From the NCBI GenBank assembly GCA_037130365.1, contig JBAXTE010000001.1:4959-68958 (forward strand): 64,000 bases of DNA, written 5' to 3'. Both the position numbers and the translations under genes were made by a program. Shown in pieces: positions 9,973 to 18,551 of the stretch. Below the pieces are notes generated by a model that was given only the letters and a program-made list of their open reading frames with translations, ran no database searches and was not told the origin of the DNA. Position 1 is the first letter of the stretch; every line of letters begins with the position of its first letter. Origin of the DNA: Bacteroidota bacterium (lineage in GTDB: Bacteria; Bacteroidota; Bacteroidia; Bacteroidales; WCHB1-69).

Positions 9973-10611
9973 TTAATCTTTAGATAAATTCGGAAAGTAT
10001 ATTCTAGTCGGTGGTGGTGTTTCCGCTTTTTTACTATTCCCTTGGAGGATTTTTCTTCTATTAATTCCTAAATTATTTTTCTTGTTATATTCGATTAAAT
10101 GTATTTCAATTTCTGACATTAGAGTATCTGATAAATCGAGTTTTTTTAAATCTATTTCAATAGTCGTATCAATCTGTTCCCCTTTTTTTATCTTTGAGAT
10201 GATTGAAATTGGCTTTGATTGGCCAAGTGGAAACGAGATAATAAAGCAATAATCCGTATTGATTAAATTTTTATCACTATAAATACTAATCTTTTTTTTG
10301 CCAATTAAGTGCTTTTGAAGTTTTAAAGTTTCATCATTAAATAACAGACCTGTAGGTTGATTATTTATTGAAAAGCCTTTGTTTTTAATCAACATCATTG
10401 TTGTTTTGCAGATTTCGGATTCAAAGGACATTATGGTAAAAGCAAAAACATTATCAGAAGGCTCGTCGTAAGATTCCAACTGTCCGGTAACCGATAAATC
10501 ACAACCCAATAGTTTATTAAGGTACGCACCAATTTGAATAATACTTAACTTGCTGTTAAATAATATTGCAATTTGTTGATAATTAGGCTCGTACTTAATC
10601 TTACCGTGCAT
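9973..10611 (-). CDS. hypothetical protein
   Basis: 212-aa ORF with no motif I can assign. It occupies the slot upstream of rnc-fabF-acpP. It may be a diverged member of the Bacteroidota IPExxxVDY family (has ...NLINTDY...), which is unverified. Confidence 0.4.
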   Translation of the reverse strand: MHGKIKYEPNYQQIAILFNSKLSIIQIGAYLNKLLGCDLSVTGQLESYDEPSDNVFAFTIMSFESEICKTTMMLIKNKGFSINNQPTGLLFNDETLKLQKHLIGKKKISIYSDKNLINTDYCFIISFPLGQSKPISIISKIKKGEQIDTTIEIDLKKLDLSDTLMSEIEIHLIEYNKKNNLGINRRKILQGNSKKAETPPPTRIYFPNLSKD

Positions 10612-10793
10612 AAATTGAATAGTAAACGTTAACTACCAAAAGTAATTTATTTTAGCAAGTCAAAATCAATAAATCTAATCAACTTATTAGTCAATGGCTG
10701 TTGATAATTAGTACTTGCAAAAAAACTCCAACTTTTTGATTATGCGTGGCAACTAAAAAAGTTCTTTTACACTAGTTTTCTTACTGACATTAA

Positions 10794-11534
10794 TTACGAA
10801 ACAGGGGATAATTCGGTTGAATTAATTGTGAGATATGCACGTTCTGCAGCAAGTTGCTCTGCGCTTTTTATCGATAAATGGATTCCTGTGGCAAGAACTT
10901 CTCCGTTTAAAAGCACTTCAACACAATATTCTTTCCGTTTACCAAACTCCTTTACATCTGCAACACGAAAATCAATGGTAAATTTGTTTCGCTGTGCATA
11001 TTCGATAATTCTACTTTTATAATTGGTTTCAGTATTTAGCAATTCTTCAACATCTATCCACCTCGGTATAATATGATGTGTGATAATATGATAAGTATAT
11101 TTGTACCCTTTGTCGATATATAACGCTCCAATAAATGCTTCAAAAACATCTCCGTTTATCGACTTGTAATATAAATTATCGTTTCGTTTTTGAATGTACT
11201 CTGAAAGTCCAGTTTTTGCAGATAATTTATTTAAATGATCTCGTTTAACAATTTTAGACCGAGTTTCTGATAAAAACCCTTCATCAGCATTAGGATATTT
11301 TCTAAAAAGATAGGTAGCCACTATAGCTCCTAGTATAGAGTCACCTAAATATTCCAAACGTTCATTATTTATTTTTTGTCCCGATTGGGATTGGTAATTA
11401 CCCGATTTATGAGTAAATGCCAATTTATAAAGAAAAATATTTCTGGGAGTAATCCCAAAAATATTTTTCAAATATCTATAAAGCTCTTTGTCTTTAGAAA
11501 AGGTCGTTCTATAAAAACTTAGAATTGTATTCAA
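10794..11534 (-). CDS. rnc: ribonuclease III
   Basis: RNase III signature NERLEYLGDSILG plus a C-terminal dsRBD. Confidence 0.9.
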   Translation of the reverse strand: MNTILSFYRTTFSKDKELYRYLKNIFGITPRNIFLYKLAFTHKSGNYQSQSGQKINNERLEYLGDSILGAIVATYLFRKYPNADEGFLSETRSKIVKRDHLNKLSAKTGLSEYIQKRNDNLYYKSINGDVFEAFIGALYIDKGYKYTYHIITHHIIPRWIDVEELLNTETNYKSRIIEYAQRNKFTIDFRVADVKEFGKRKEYCVEVLLNGEVLATGIHLSIKSAEQLAAERAYLTINSTELSPVS

Positions 11535-11536
11535 AA

Positions 11537-12790
11537 CTAATCAACAAACTTTTTAAACAATAGTGAAGTATTATGTCCACCAAAGCCAAAAGCATTGCTC
11601 AAAGCATAATTAACAATTCTTTTTTGTGCTTTGTTAAAGGTAAAATTTAATCGGCTATCAATTTCAGGATCGTCGGTAAAATGATTTATTGTAGGAGGAA
11701 TAATATCATTTTTTATAGCCAAAATGGTAGCAATAGCTTCAATTGTAGCAGCAGCTCCCAATAAGTGACCAGTCATTGACTTTGTTGAATTGATATTAAT
11801 GGAATATGCATGTTCGCCAAATAATGAACATATTGCTTTTGGTTCTACAATATCTCCAACAGGAGTAGAAGTACCATGAGTATTAATATGATCAATTTGA
11901 TCTAAACGTATTCCTGCTTCTTCAATAGCATTTTTCATCGCCATTTTTGCGCCATAACCTTCAGGATGTGGTGCTGTTAAGTGATGAGCATCAGCTGTTA
12001 AACCAGTTCCGATTAGTTCGGCATAAATTTTTGCGCCACGTGCTTTTGCATGCTCATACTCTTCTAGAATAAGCGCTCCGGCACCTTCACCAACTACAAA
12101 GCCATCTCTATCTTTATCAAAAGGACGAGAAGCAGTAGCTGGATCATCATTACGTGTAGATAATGCGTGAAGTGCATTAAACCCACCAACTCCAGCAGTG
12201 TTTACACCTGCTTCGGAACCACCTGTAATAAACAAATCCGCTTTGCCTAATCGAATCATATTAAATGCATCAGAAATTGCGTTTGCTGATGATGCACATG
12301 CTGATGAAGTGCAAAAGTTTGGTCCTCTAAATCCAAAAATCATAGACAAATGTCCTGCAGCGATATCACTGATTATTTTTGGAATAAAAAATGGGTTAAA
12401 CTTTGGAGTACCATCACCAAGGGCGAACTCAGTCACCTCGGTTATAAAAGATGAAAAACCACCTATTCCTGTTCCCCAAATTACTCCAGCACGATCTAAA
12501 TCAATTGCTGTTAAATCTAATTGAGAATCAGTAATGGCTTCGGTAGCAGTAGCAACCGCATATTGAGAGAACAAATCTAGTTTTCGTGCTTCTTTCCGAT
12601 CTAAAAATTGAGACACATCAAAGTTTTTAACTTCACAAGCAAATTGTGTCTTAAATTTAGCGGAATCAAATTTAGTGATAGTGGCGGCACCACTCACTCC
12701 ATTAAGTAATCCAGTCCAATATTCTTCGACTGTATTACCTATTGGAGTAAGTGCTCCCATACCAGTAACAACTACTCTTTTTAGCTCCAT
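11537..12790 (-). CDS. fabF: beta-ketoacyl-ACP synthase II
   Basis: Active-site region TSSACASSANAI, HINTHGTSTP and a C-terminal NAFGFGGHN. 417 aa. Confidence 0.95.
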   Translation of the reverse strand: MELKRVVVTGMGALTPIGNTVEEYWTGLLNGVSGAATITKFDSAKFKTQFACEVKNFDVSQFLDRKEARKLDLFSQYAVATATEAITDSQLDLTAIDLDRAGVIWGTGIGGFSSFITEVTEFALGDGTPKFNPFFIPKIISDIAAGHLSMIFGFRGPNFCTSSACASSANAISDAFNMIRLGKADLFITGGSEAGVNTAGVGGFNALHALSTRNDDPATASRPFDKDRDGFVVGEGAGALILEEYEHAKARGAKIYAELIGTGLTADAHHLTAPHPEGYGAKMAMKNAIEEAGIRLDQIDHINTHGTSTPVGDIVEPKAICSLFGEHAYSININSTKSMTGHLLGAAATIEAIATILAIKNDIIPPTINHFTDDPEIDSRLNFTFNKAQKRIVNYALSNAFGFGGHNTSLLFKKFVD

Positions 12791-12819
12791 AAATTGGGTT
12801 TTAGCTAATTAAAAGCAAA

Positions 12820-13059
12820 TTACTTGCTAACATTATTTTCGATGAATGATATTGCATCACCAACAGTACTGATTTTTTCAGCTTGATCGTCTGGAATAGC
12901 AATGTTGAATTCTTTTTCGAATTCCATAATTAACTCAACAGTGTCTAATGAATCAGCACCTAAATCGTTAGTAAAGTTTGCTTCTGCAACAACATCTTTT
13001 TCGTCTACGCCAAGTTTATCAATAATGATAGCTTTAACTTTTGCTTGAATTTCTGACAT
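12820..13059 (-). CDS. acpP: acyl carrier protein
   Basis: 79 aa with the [16 protein letters not shown] phosphopantetheine attachment motif. Confidence 0.95.
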   Translation of the reverse strand: MSEIQAKVKAIIIDKLGVDEKDVVAEANFTNDLGADSLDTVELIMEFEKEFNIAIPDDQAEKISTVGDAISFIENNVSK

Positions 13060-13323
13060 AATATTATTTTTAATGATTAAACCGAGGCAAAATTAATCGT
13101 TTTTAGTCTGTTTTTGTATCTTTTATATATTTGATTTTCTTTTTGATTATGCAATCAGCTGATCTATAGTGTTTTAAAATTGTTAAATTTCATTAAAACC
13201 CTTGTTTGACAACTTTTTTGAACTCTACATGCTTCTTTTTCGGACAAATTTGTCATTTATTTTGTTCCTTTGCAGGGAAGTCTCTACTTTCTGATTGTTT
13301 TTTTATTAATATTTTTTTGAATT

Positions 13324-13914
13324 ATGAAAAAAATTGTGATTTTTGCTTCTGGAAGTGGTAGTAATGCTCAACGAATTATTGAATTTGCTTTAAACGAACC
13401 TAATTCCAACTTTCGAGTGGAAGCAATTTTTTGTAATAACCCAAATGCTTTTGTGATTCATCGCGCTAAAAAGTTTAATGTCCCTTGTTATCTGTTTGAT
13501 AGAGCACAATTTAATTCAATGAATCAGAATTCAGTGCTTTCAAAACTTCAGGAAATTAATCCATCTCTAATTGTTTTAGCAGGTTTTTTATGGTTGATTC
13601 CTGATTTTATAGTTAAATCGTTTCCAAATAAAATAATCAATATTCATCCTGCACTTTTACCAAAATATGGGGGAAAAGGAATGTATGGAGAACGTGTTCA
13701 TCAGGCAGTAATTGAACATCAAGAGACTGAATCTGGAATTACAATTCATTACGTTTCAGAATATTACGACGAAGGAAATATTATTGCCCAATATAAATGT
13801 TCCGTGGCTGCCAATGATTCTGCAGACTCTTTAGCGCAAAAGATTCACACTCTTGAACATCAGTGGTTTCCTGTTGAAATAAATGATTTGTGTAAAAATA
13901 TTGAGGTAATTTAA
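13324..13914 (+). CDS. purN: phosphoribosylglycinamide formyltransferase
   Basis: ASGSGSNAQ, INIHPALLPKYGG and GITIHYV motifs. 196 aa. Confidence 0.9.
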   Translation: MKKIVIFASGSGSNAQRIIEFALNEPNSNFRVEAIFCNNPNAFVIHRAKKFNVPCYLFDRAQFNSMNQNSVLSKLQEINPSLIVLAGFLWLIPDFIVKSFPNKIINIHPALLPKYGGKGMYGERVHQAVIEHQETESGITIHYVSEYYDEGNIIAQYKCSVAANDSADSLAQKIHTLEHQWFPVEINDLCKNIEVI

Positions 13915-13935
13915 CATCAATATTTTATAGGTGTA

Positions 13936-14139
13936 TCAACCTCCATGAAACAAGTGAATAATTTCCACATTGTCTCCATTGTTGACAGTCATAGCACTGT
14001 AATTTTCGTGCTTAATGAGAACTGCGTTAATCTTTATAATTAAATCGTGATGCGAGTACTTTTTTAGTTTTATAATATCCCCAATCGTCAAACAATCTGC
14101 TTCAAAAATTTCAGTATTGTGATTTAATTTAATTGTCAT
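13936..14139 (-). CDS. thiS: ThiS/MoaD-type sulfur carrier protein (C-terminal GG)
   Basis: 67 aa, beta-grasp size, ending ...IIHLFHGG. Lies 12 nt downstream of the ThiF-like gene. Whether it is ThiS or MoaD cannot be decided from sequence alone. Confidence 0.65.
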   Translation of the reverse strand: MTIKLNHNTEIFEADCLTIGDIIKLKKYSHHDLIIKINAVLIKHENYSAMTVNNGDNVEIIHLFHGG

Positions 14140-14151
14140 ATCACCGATTTT

Positions 14152-14736
14152 TTATTTTTTTAGTAAAATTGAGAGTATTTCGTTTGCCATCATATTCGAC
14201 ACAATTCCAACTCGGGGGGCTAAAGGGGGATTGTTTTCAGCAACTTCACTTTTCATATCTCCACAAATAATTAATTTGTCGGAGTAAAATGGTTTTATCT
14301 CCAGACTATTTCCCCAACCAGCCATTCCGTTGCCTGATATTATGTATTTATCGGACATTTCGCTGAGTACAGTTTCAATAATCATTTGCTTCATATCCGA
14401 CCGGTCGAATGCTTCCACAATAATGTCACAATCAGAAAACAAATCAACAACTGAAGCAGAATCTAATTTTGTATTGTGAGCCTCCACAGCTACTTCGGGA
14501 TTAATCCGCAAGATATTTTCTTTTAATGTAGTAGCTTTTGGTAATCCAATTTGATCGAAAAAATAATATTGACGATTTAAGTTCGAAAGTTCTATCACAT
14601 CAAAATCAGCAATAACAAGTTTGCCAATTCCTACGCGTGCAAGAGCCACAGCACAGTTTGATCCCAGCCCACCACAGCCAGCAATTCCTACTTTTTTGGT
14701 CTTTAATTCTGTTTTTATCTCGTTAAATGTCATCAT
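14152..14736 (-). CDS. thiF: short ThiF/MoeB-family E1-like adenylyltransferase
   Basis: GIAGCGGLGSNCAVALARVGIGKLVIADFDVIELSNLNRQ nucleotide-binding fold. 194 aa, with no rhodanese or Zn-finger extension. Confidence 0.7.
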   Translation of the reverse strand: MMTFNEIKTELKTKKVGIAGCGGLGSNCAVALARVGIGKLVIADFDVIELSNLNRQYYFFDQIGLPKATTLKENILRINPEVAVEAHNTKLDSASVVDLFSDCDIIVEAFDRSDMKQMIIETVLSEMSDKYIISGNGMAGWGNSLEIKPFYSDKLIICGDMKSEVAENNPPLAPRVGIVSNMMANEILSILLKK

Positions 14737-14939
14737 ATTGCAAAATTAAATCTTTCAACAATATAATTATCATTGAATTCAAATAATTTTTAAATCAGGA
14801 TAAGAATTTATCACACAAAATAAATCTTAACAAATCATCGATTTTTCAAATATAATTCAAATTCAACTACATACCTGATATGTAAGAATTTGCATAACGC
14901 AATTTTCAGAATTTATAGAATTAGTTTGATTTTATTTAC

Positions 14940-14947
14940 TATTTTTG
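14940..14947 (+). promoter_or_regulatory. candidate Bacteroidota -7 promoter box (TAnnTTTG) for the oxidoreductase gene
   Basis: TATTTTTG lies 45 nt upstream of ATG 14992. Confidence 0.35.
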
Positions 14948-14991
14948 CTTTCAACATTCAAATGTAAACGAACAATAAACAATATATTTAT

Positions 14992-17151
14992 ATGGACATT
15001 GCAGCATTAAAGAGCAAACAAACCCTATTGAAAGAATGGGAATATCAGCACACGCCTCTTTATAGAGGATATACCGACAAAATTTTGTATATCAATGTAG
15101 GGACAAAAGAGATTAAATCGAAAGATGTTCCTGCTCCAATGAAAGAAAAATTTATTGGCGGAAAAGGCTATGGATTACGTTTATTGTGGGATGCAACAAC
15201 ACCTACAACTAAATGGAATGATGCTGAAAATGAAATTATTATTTCTTCTGGTCCAATTGGTGGAATTACCCAATATTCTGGTGCTGGAAAGTCTTTATTA
15301 GTTTCAATTTCACCCCAAACCGATTCCATTATGGACTCAAATGTGGGTGGATTTTTTGGTTCGTTTCTTAAGTTTTCTGGCTTTGACGCTCTTGAACTTC
15401 AAGGAAAATCAGACAAAGATGTTATTATATATATTGATGCTGTTAACCATAAAATTGAGATTATGGAGGACCCAGGGTTTTCCACAGATTCTCATATTTT
15501 AGGAGAAGAGCTTACCGAATATTACGCAAACAACGAAAAAGAGTGTAAAAATATAGGTATTGTTTCTGCAGGTGCAGGTGCAGAAAACTCGTTAATTGGC
15601 ATGATTAATTTTACGTTTTGGGATAATAAACGTAAACAAATTCGATTAAAACAAGCTGGTAGAGGCGGAATAGGCACCGTAATGCGCGACAAGAAAATTA
15701 AAGCTATTGTTGCAAAAATTTCTGGGGTTCAAGGAAATGCAAATAATGTAGCTGACCTTGAACTTATCATGGAAAGAGGCCGTAGATACACTCGTGAAAT
15801 GGTTGAACTTGATGATAAGCAAAACCAAATGAGAAAAAAAGGAACAGCAAACATTGTAAATGTAATGAGCGATTACGATTTGCTGCCAACTCATAACTTC
15901 AAATACGGAACACACAAAGATGCTATTAAAATTCATAGTGATTTATTAAGAGATAAACATTTTACTCAAGGGATAAATGATGGATGCTGGATTGGCTGTG
16001 CCATGCAATGCGCTAAAGGTGTAGATGATTTTGTACCCAAAACCGGTCCTTACAAAGGCCAAAAAGTTCTTGTAGAAGGTCCAGAATATGAAACGGCTGC
16101 CGGATTAGGTTCCAATATTGGCATTTTTGATTATGATGCAATTATTGAAGCGAATTTCTATTGTGATACTTACGGAATTTGCACCATTACTTGGGGAACA
16201 ATCGTTGCTTTCTTGATGGAATGCTACGAAAATGGAATCATAAATAAAGAAATTACAGGCGGTTTAGAATTAAATTTTGGAAATGTTAATGATTCATTAG
16301 AATTAATGCATCAACTTGCTCGTGGCGAAGGATTTGGTAAAATTGCTGGAATGGGAATTCGTAAAATGAAAGCAATTTTTGTTAAAGAATATGGCGCTGA
16401 TACAAATTTTCTTCAAGATATTGGCATGGAAAACAAAGGGTTAGAGTATTCACAATATGTTTCTAAAGAATCGTTGGCTCAACAAGGTGGTTATGCAATG
16501 ACCAATAAAGGTCCACAACACGACGAAGCTTGGTTGATTTTTATGGATATGGTAAATAATCAAATTCCAACATTTGAAGATAAAGCAGAAGCATTACACT
16601 ATTTCCCTATGTTTAGAACTTGGTTTGGATTAATGGGACTTTGTAAAATTGTATGGAATGATGTGAGTCCTGCTGATAATAAACTAACCGACGAACCTGC
16701 AAAAATTCCTGAACATGTAGATAATTATGTAAATGTTTATAGAGGTGTAACGGGTGATTTATCATTTGATAAATATGCCTTAGTTCGCATGTCGGAAAGA
16801 GTGTATAATTTCCAACGGATTTTCAATATTCGACGTGGATTTGGTCTTCGTAAAAACGATGCTCAACCATACCGTGCTGCTGGTCCTGTTACTGTGGAAG
16901 AATACGAATCAAGAGCAGAACGTTACGATAAACAGATGAAAGAACTAATTGGAGTAAATCCAGAAGGTTTATCTGTAGAAGAAAAAGTAAAAATTACACG
17001 CGCATATCGTGAAGATCGCTACGAACAACTTCTCGATGCTGTTTACGAACGTAGAGGTTGGAATAAAAATGGAGTTCCAACTCTAGCGCATCTTAAAAAT
17101 ATTGGAATGGATTTACCTGAGTTAATCGAAGTCGTTACACCCTTACAATAA
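14992..17151 (+). CDS. aor: aldehyde:ferredoxin oxidoreductase family (tungstopterin enzyme)
   Basis: AFOR N-terminal domain (YRGYTDKILYINV...GGKGYGLRLLW), GPEYETAAGLGSN, a cysteine cluster CWIGCAMQC, and C-terminal YERRGWNKNGVPT. 719 aa. Confidence 0.9.
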   Translation: MDIAALKSKQTLLKEWEYQHTPLYRGYTDKILYINVGTKEIKSKDVPAPMKEKFIGGKGYGLRLLWDATTPTTKWNDAENEIIISSGPIGGITQYSGAGKSLLVSISPQTDSIMDSNVGGFFGSFLKFSGFDALELQGKSDKDVIIYIDAVNHKIEIMEDPGFSTDSHILGEELTEYYANNEKECKNIGIVSAGAGAENSLIGMINFTFWDNKRKQIRLKQAGRGGIGTVMRDKKIKAIVAKISGVQGNANNVADLELIMERGRRYTREMVELDDKQNQMRKKGTANIVNVMSDYDLLPTHNFKYGTHKDAIKIHSDLLRDKHFTQGINDGCWIGCAMQCAKGVDDFVPKTGPYKGQKVLVEGPEYETAAGLGSNIGIFDYDAIIEANFYCDTYGICTITWGTIVAFLMECYENGIINKEITGGLELNFGNVNDSLELMHQLARGEGFGKIAGMGIRKMKAIFVKEYGADTNFLQDIGMENKGLEYSQYVSKESLAQQGGYAMTNKGPQHDEAWLIFMDMVNNQIPTFEDKAEALHYFPMFRTWFGLMGLCKIVWNDVSPADNKLTDEPAKIPEHVDNYVNVYRGVTGDLSFDKYALVRMSERVYNFQRIFNIRRGFGLRKNDAQPYRAAGPVTVEEYESRAERYDKQMKELIGVNPEGLSVEEKVKITRAYREDRYEQLLDAVYERRGWNKNGVPTLAHLKNIGMDLPELIEVVTPLQ

Positions 17152-17260
17152 GGCTATTAACCGCTCTATTAATTAATAGAAAAGTAATTTTTATGTTTTG
17201 CATATGACAATAAAATTTTAGGAAATACCAAGTTTTTCAAATTTTTAAAAATCAAAAAAA

Positions 17261-17440
17261 ATGGAAGCAAAAGAACAAGTATTAAAGTTTTTATCCGATG
17301 CCGGAAAACCAATGAAAGCTGGAGAAATTGCAGATGCAATGGGAATCGACAAAAAGGAAATTGATAAAGTGATTAAAGATCTTAAAAAAGACGAAAAAAT
17401 CACTTCTCCTAAAATGTGTTTCTACGAAGCAAAAAAATAA
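17261..17440 (+). CDS. 59-aa winged-helix-like small protein (not in the ORF track)
   Basis: ATG 17261 to TAA 17438-17440 encodes MEAKEQVLKFLSDAGKPMKAGEIADAMGIDKKEIDKVIKDLKKDEKITSPKMCFYEAKK. This is an HTH-like core followed directly by a strong terminator. The overlapping antisense track ORF 17291-17563 is implausible. Confidence 0.55.
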   Translation: MEAKEQVLKFLSDAGKPMKAGEIADAMGIDKKEIDKVIKDLKKDEKITSPKMCFYEAKK

Positions 17441-17456
17441 ATTGTAATCATTACGC

Positions 17457-17492
17457 AAAAAGCCCCAAGAGCAATCCTCTTGGGGCTTTTTT
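17457..17492. terminator. bidirectional rho-independent terminator
   Basis: A-tract, then gccccaaga (17462-17470), loop gcaatcc, tcttggggc (17478-17486), then TTTTTT. Sits between convergent genes. Confidence 0.75.
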
Positions 17493-17508
17493 ATGAAATA
17501 TTTTGCTG

Positions 17509-17817
17509 TTATAAAAACTTCATAACGATTAACTCTAACTCTTTGTCTTGATGGTTTATCCACGAACGATTTTCGGTTAATGAAACCTGAGCAAGGTCGT
17601 TTTCCGAAAGTTCAAACTCCTCATCTTCGACAGTCAAAATACCCATTCCTGATTTTACAAAAAAGAGCACTTCAAACGGGTTTTTATGAAGCGGAATTGA
17701 TTCTCCCTTTTTTAAAGTTAATAATATAATTTCGAAGTTTTTCTGGCTGAAGCATTTCAACGCCAATGGCGAGGGCATTACCTCTTGGTGATTTTTTTTT
17801 GAATAAATTGTGGACAT
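17509..17817 (-). CDS. small cupin-fold protein (paralog of 18552-18890)
   Basis: 102 aa. LTLKKGESIPLHKNPFEVLFFVKSGMGILTVEDEEFEL aligns with ITLQKGESLKPHKTTVDVFFYILEGFPTIFIGEEQFEA of the upstream cupin. Confidence 0.6.
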   Translation of the reverse strand: MSTIYSKKNHQEVMPSPLALKCFSQKNFEIILLTLKKGESIPLHKNPFEVLFFVKSGMGILTVEDEEFELSENDLAQVSLTENRSWINHQDKELELIVMKFL

Positions 17818-18028
17818 TTGAAAAAGATATTTCGTGAAACGTGAAAAGAGAATACAGAATTAGGAAGACTTAGTGCTTCTTAGTGTGCTGAGTGCATTAG
17901 TGTTGGAAACGTGAAAAGATGCGAAAAGTGAATACAGGGACAAGGTGAAAGATACACGGAACAAGAATACCATGCACCGTGCGCCATGAACCATTTACCT
18001 GATTGAAGTCGCCTTCGCGTGACATTTT
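17818..18028 (-). repeat. GC-elevated 211-nt spacer with degenerate direct repeats
   Basis: The exact 14-mer gaaacgtgaaaaga occurs at 17836-17849 and 17906-17919. gaatacag occurs at 17850-17857 and 17930-17937, with a third degenerate copy gtgaaagatacacgg. TAGTG-type pentamers occur four times in 17870-17903. Confidence 0.6.
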
Positions 18029-18361
18029 TTATACCTCTTTTATCATCGTTAACAGCATTTTAAAATCTTCGGTTGCAATTACAGCATGTGGAATATTTGC
18101 GGGCATAATGATGGTGTCGCCTTCAATTAAATTAAAAGGTTCTTTATTAATAAGAATTTGGGCTTTGCCATCAAGGACTTGAATCATCGCATCGAATGCT
18201 GCAGTATGTTCGCTCAATGCTTCTCCTTTAGAAAAGGCAAACAAACTTACGTTTCCACTATTGTTTTTGGTTATCGTTTTGCTCACAATGGAGCCTTGCT
18301 GATAGCTCACTTCATCAGCGAAGCGAACAATTTTTGCTTTTGGAAATTCATTTGTGTTCAT
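18029..18361 (-). CDS. cupin_2-type small protein
   Basis: 110 aa. SKGEALSEHTAAFDAMIQVLDGKA (motif 1-like) and GDTIIMPANIPHAV (motif 2-like). Confidence 0.7.
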   Translation of the reverse strand: MNTNEFPKAKIVRFADEVSYQQGSIVSKTITKNNSGNVSLFAFSKGEALSEHTAAFDAMIQVLDGKAQILINKEPFNLIEGDTIIMPANIPHAVIATEDFKMLLTMIKEV

Positions 18362-18366
18362 TATCT

Positions 18367-18549
18367 TTATTTTTTTGATTGAATACGATTCAATAATTCG
18401 GTGATATCATCGATGCAAGTGCCACAAACAGTACCCGCTTCTGTTTTTTCTTGTATCTCTTCAAGAGTAGTCAGATTTTGTTTTAAAATCATGGTTTCTA
18501 ACTCTAAATGTGTGATTTCCATGCAGGTGCAAATATATTTTTCTTCCAT
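18367..18549 (-). CDS. BFD-like [2Fe-2S]-binding domain protein
   Basis: 60 aa with C-T-C (YICTCME) and C-G-T-C (GTVCGTCIDD) spaced about 31 residues apart, which is the Bfd-like pattern. Confidence 0.75.
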   Translation of the reverse strand: MEEKYICTCMEITHLELETMILKQNLTTLEEIQEKTEAGTVCGTCIDDITELLNRIQSKK

Positions 18550-18551
18550 AG

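Noticed and set aside
12198-12524. Antisense or embedded ORFs of 60-140 aa inside well-supported genes (for example 12198-12524, 15646-15936, 31597-31992, 44475-44864, 46344-46661, 51254-51679, 57513-57839)
   Set aside because: Each lies wholly within a gene with strong motif support on the other strand or frame. They have no independent motifs, promoters or terminators.
13936-14736. Reading the ThiS/ThiF pair simply as thiamine biosynthesis genes
   Set aside because: This reading is not excluded, but nothing in the window supports it. There is no thiG, thiH, thiC or thiE and no TPP riboswitch. The symbols are kept only as family labels.
17291-17563. 90-aa minus-strand track ORF
   Set aside because: It spans a strong bidirectional terminator and lies antisense to a better 59-aa wHTH-like ORF. 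Its sequence is low-complexity and Phe-rich.
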